Below are positions 63,046 to 64,000 of a stretch of DNA of 64,000 nucleotides, one piece after another. The stretch covers positions 61,085,365 through 61,149,364 of the forward strand of contig NC_057719.1 of assembly GCF_004010195.1 (NCBI RefSeq). The letters run 5' to 3'. The number at the start of each line of letters is the position of its first letter. The stretch's first letter is position 1. The position numbers and the translations under genes are program-made. Origin of the DNA: Chiloscyllium plagiosum (Eukaryota). The notes under the pieces were generated by a model. That model was not told where the DNA came from. It did no database searches and saw only the letters and a list, made by a program, of their open reading frames with translations.

Positions 63046-64000
63046 TTCTCCTGTGAGAAAAATTAGAACTGAGTTTATACCTTAAGTCTTTCCATATGAT
63101 ACACAACATATGCTACAGTTTTATTAACAGTGCTTAGATGTAATTATCTTTTGGGTGTTTCAAACTTTTCTTTAATCAATAAATTTCTAACAGGATTAAA
63201 ACAGTTTATGACTGATTTCCTTGGTACAAGTTAAGTGACATGAACTGCAAAATGAAATGACAGTTAAGAACTGTAAATTAATATTTAATATGTAACTGTG
63301 AAATTAAATTAATTTATAGTATGTCTGTGTTGACATTTTCAACCACAAAGCCACAGTAGCCATAAAAAACACTTCACATCAATTCACTGTCATTTTGTAC
63401 TGACCAACAAATGGACAAGGTAGATGCAATGAATGTCAAACCACTGTGAAACTACCAAAAACTGTGAAAGTTGATGAAAACAAATACAGCTGTCTATGCC
63501 TTTTAAAAAGAAAGCAGATCACTTTTAATTCATCTTTTAAAGAAATTAAATAACATCCTCATGCTGACTATGATCAATAAAAACAGCAGTAGGCTAGTCA
63601 ACCCTATTTGCTATTCAAACTTATTTGCTATTCAATATAGATTATGGCTGATCACCTTGTAGTGATTGTAACAAGGCTAGTCAGTTGAAATTCATAAATT
63701 GAGTTCCCTGATTGAGGATGTTAATCTCGACCAATCAGGGAGACCTGGCTGACAGGTAAAAAGAGAAGTGTAACCGGAAGGTGGGAGGGGTGGGGGCTTG
63801 CTGGGTCTGTATGGTCTGCACTTTTATATGTAACAGTACTGTCTGATGTACAACTGTCATTGCTGTTGTCTCTTTATATCTTTGTGAAACTGGGATTTGA
63901 GGTTTGTCTTCATGTCCCTGTAAACTATTTGAACAGTAGGGTTTGGGGCCTGGCTTTGCTGCTCCTCTCCCTTGGAAAATTGCTGTCTCTTGTATGCAGC

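Overview
Vertebrate genomic DNA. The repeat content points to a cartilaginous fish (shark): HE1-type V-SINEs, HER1-type CR1 LINEs and shark-type Penelope-like elements (PLEs). No intact host protein-coding gene was recognised, so the window reads as a large intron or intergenic region, roughly half to two-thirds transposon-derived by eye, with two assembly gaps (28495-28888, 54426-55031). It holds many 5'-truncated CR1 copies, a second CR1-like LINE family with a tRNA-like head, L2 and Rex1 relics, six V-SINEs, two Ty3/Gypsy relics, several solo LTRs, Tigger-type MITE pieces, a tRNA-Leu pseudogene and numerous PLEs. Most notable: (1) at least four PLE families carry minimal hammerhead ribozyme cores, and several occur as small, mostly ORF-less fold-back insertions with 12-16 bp target-site duplications; (2) a decayed retroviral gag (22515-23940, minus) with PSAP and PPAY late-domain motifs and a gamma/epsilon-like capsid; (3) a two-LTR Gypsy whose pol ends at RNase H (Gmr1-like order); (4) a clean local templated insertion inside a LINE; (5) repeat-free, homeodomain-motif-rich stretches that may be conserved enhancers. 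All calls come from reading the sequence, and most boundaries are approximate (tens of bp).
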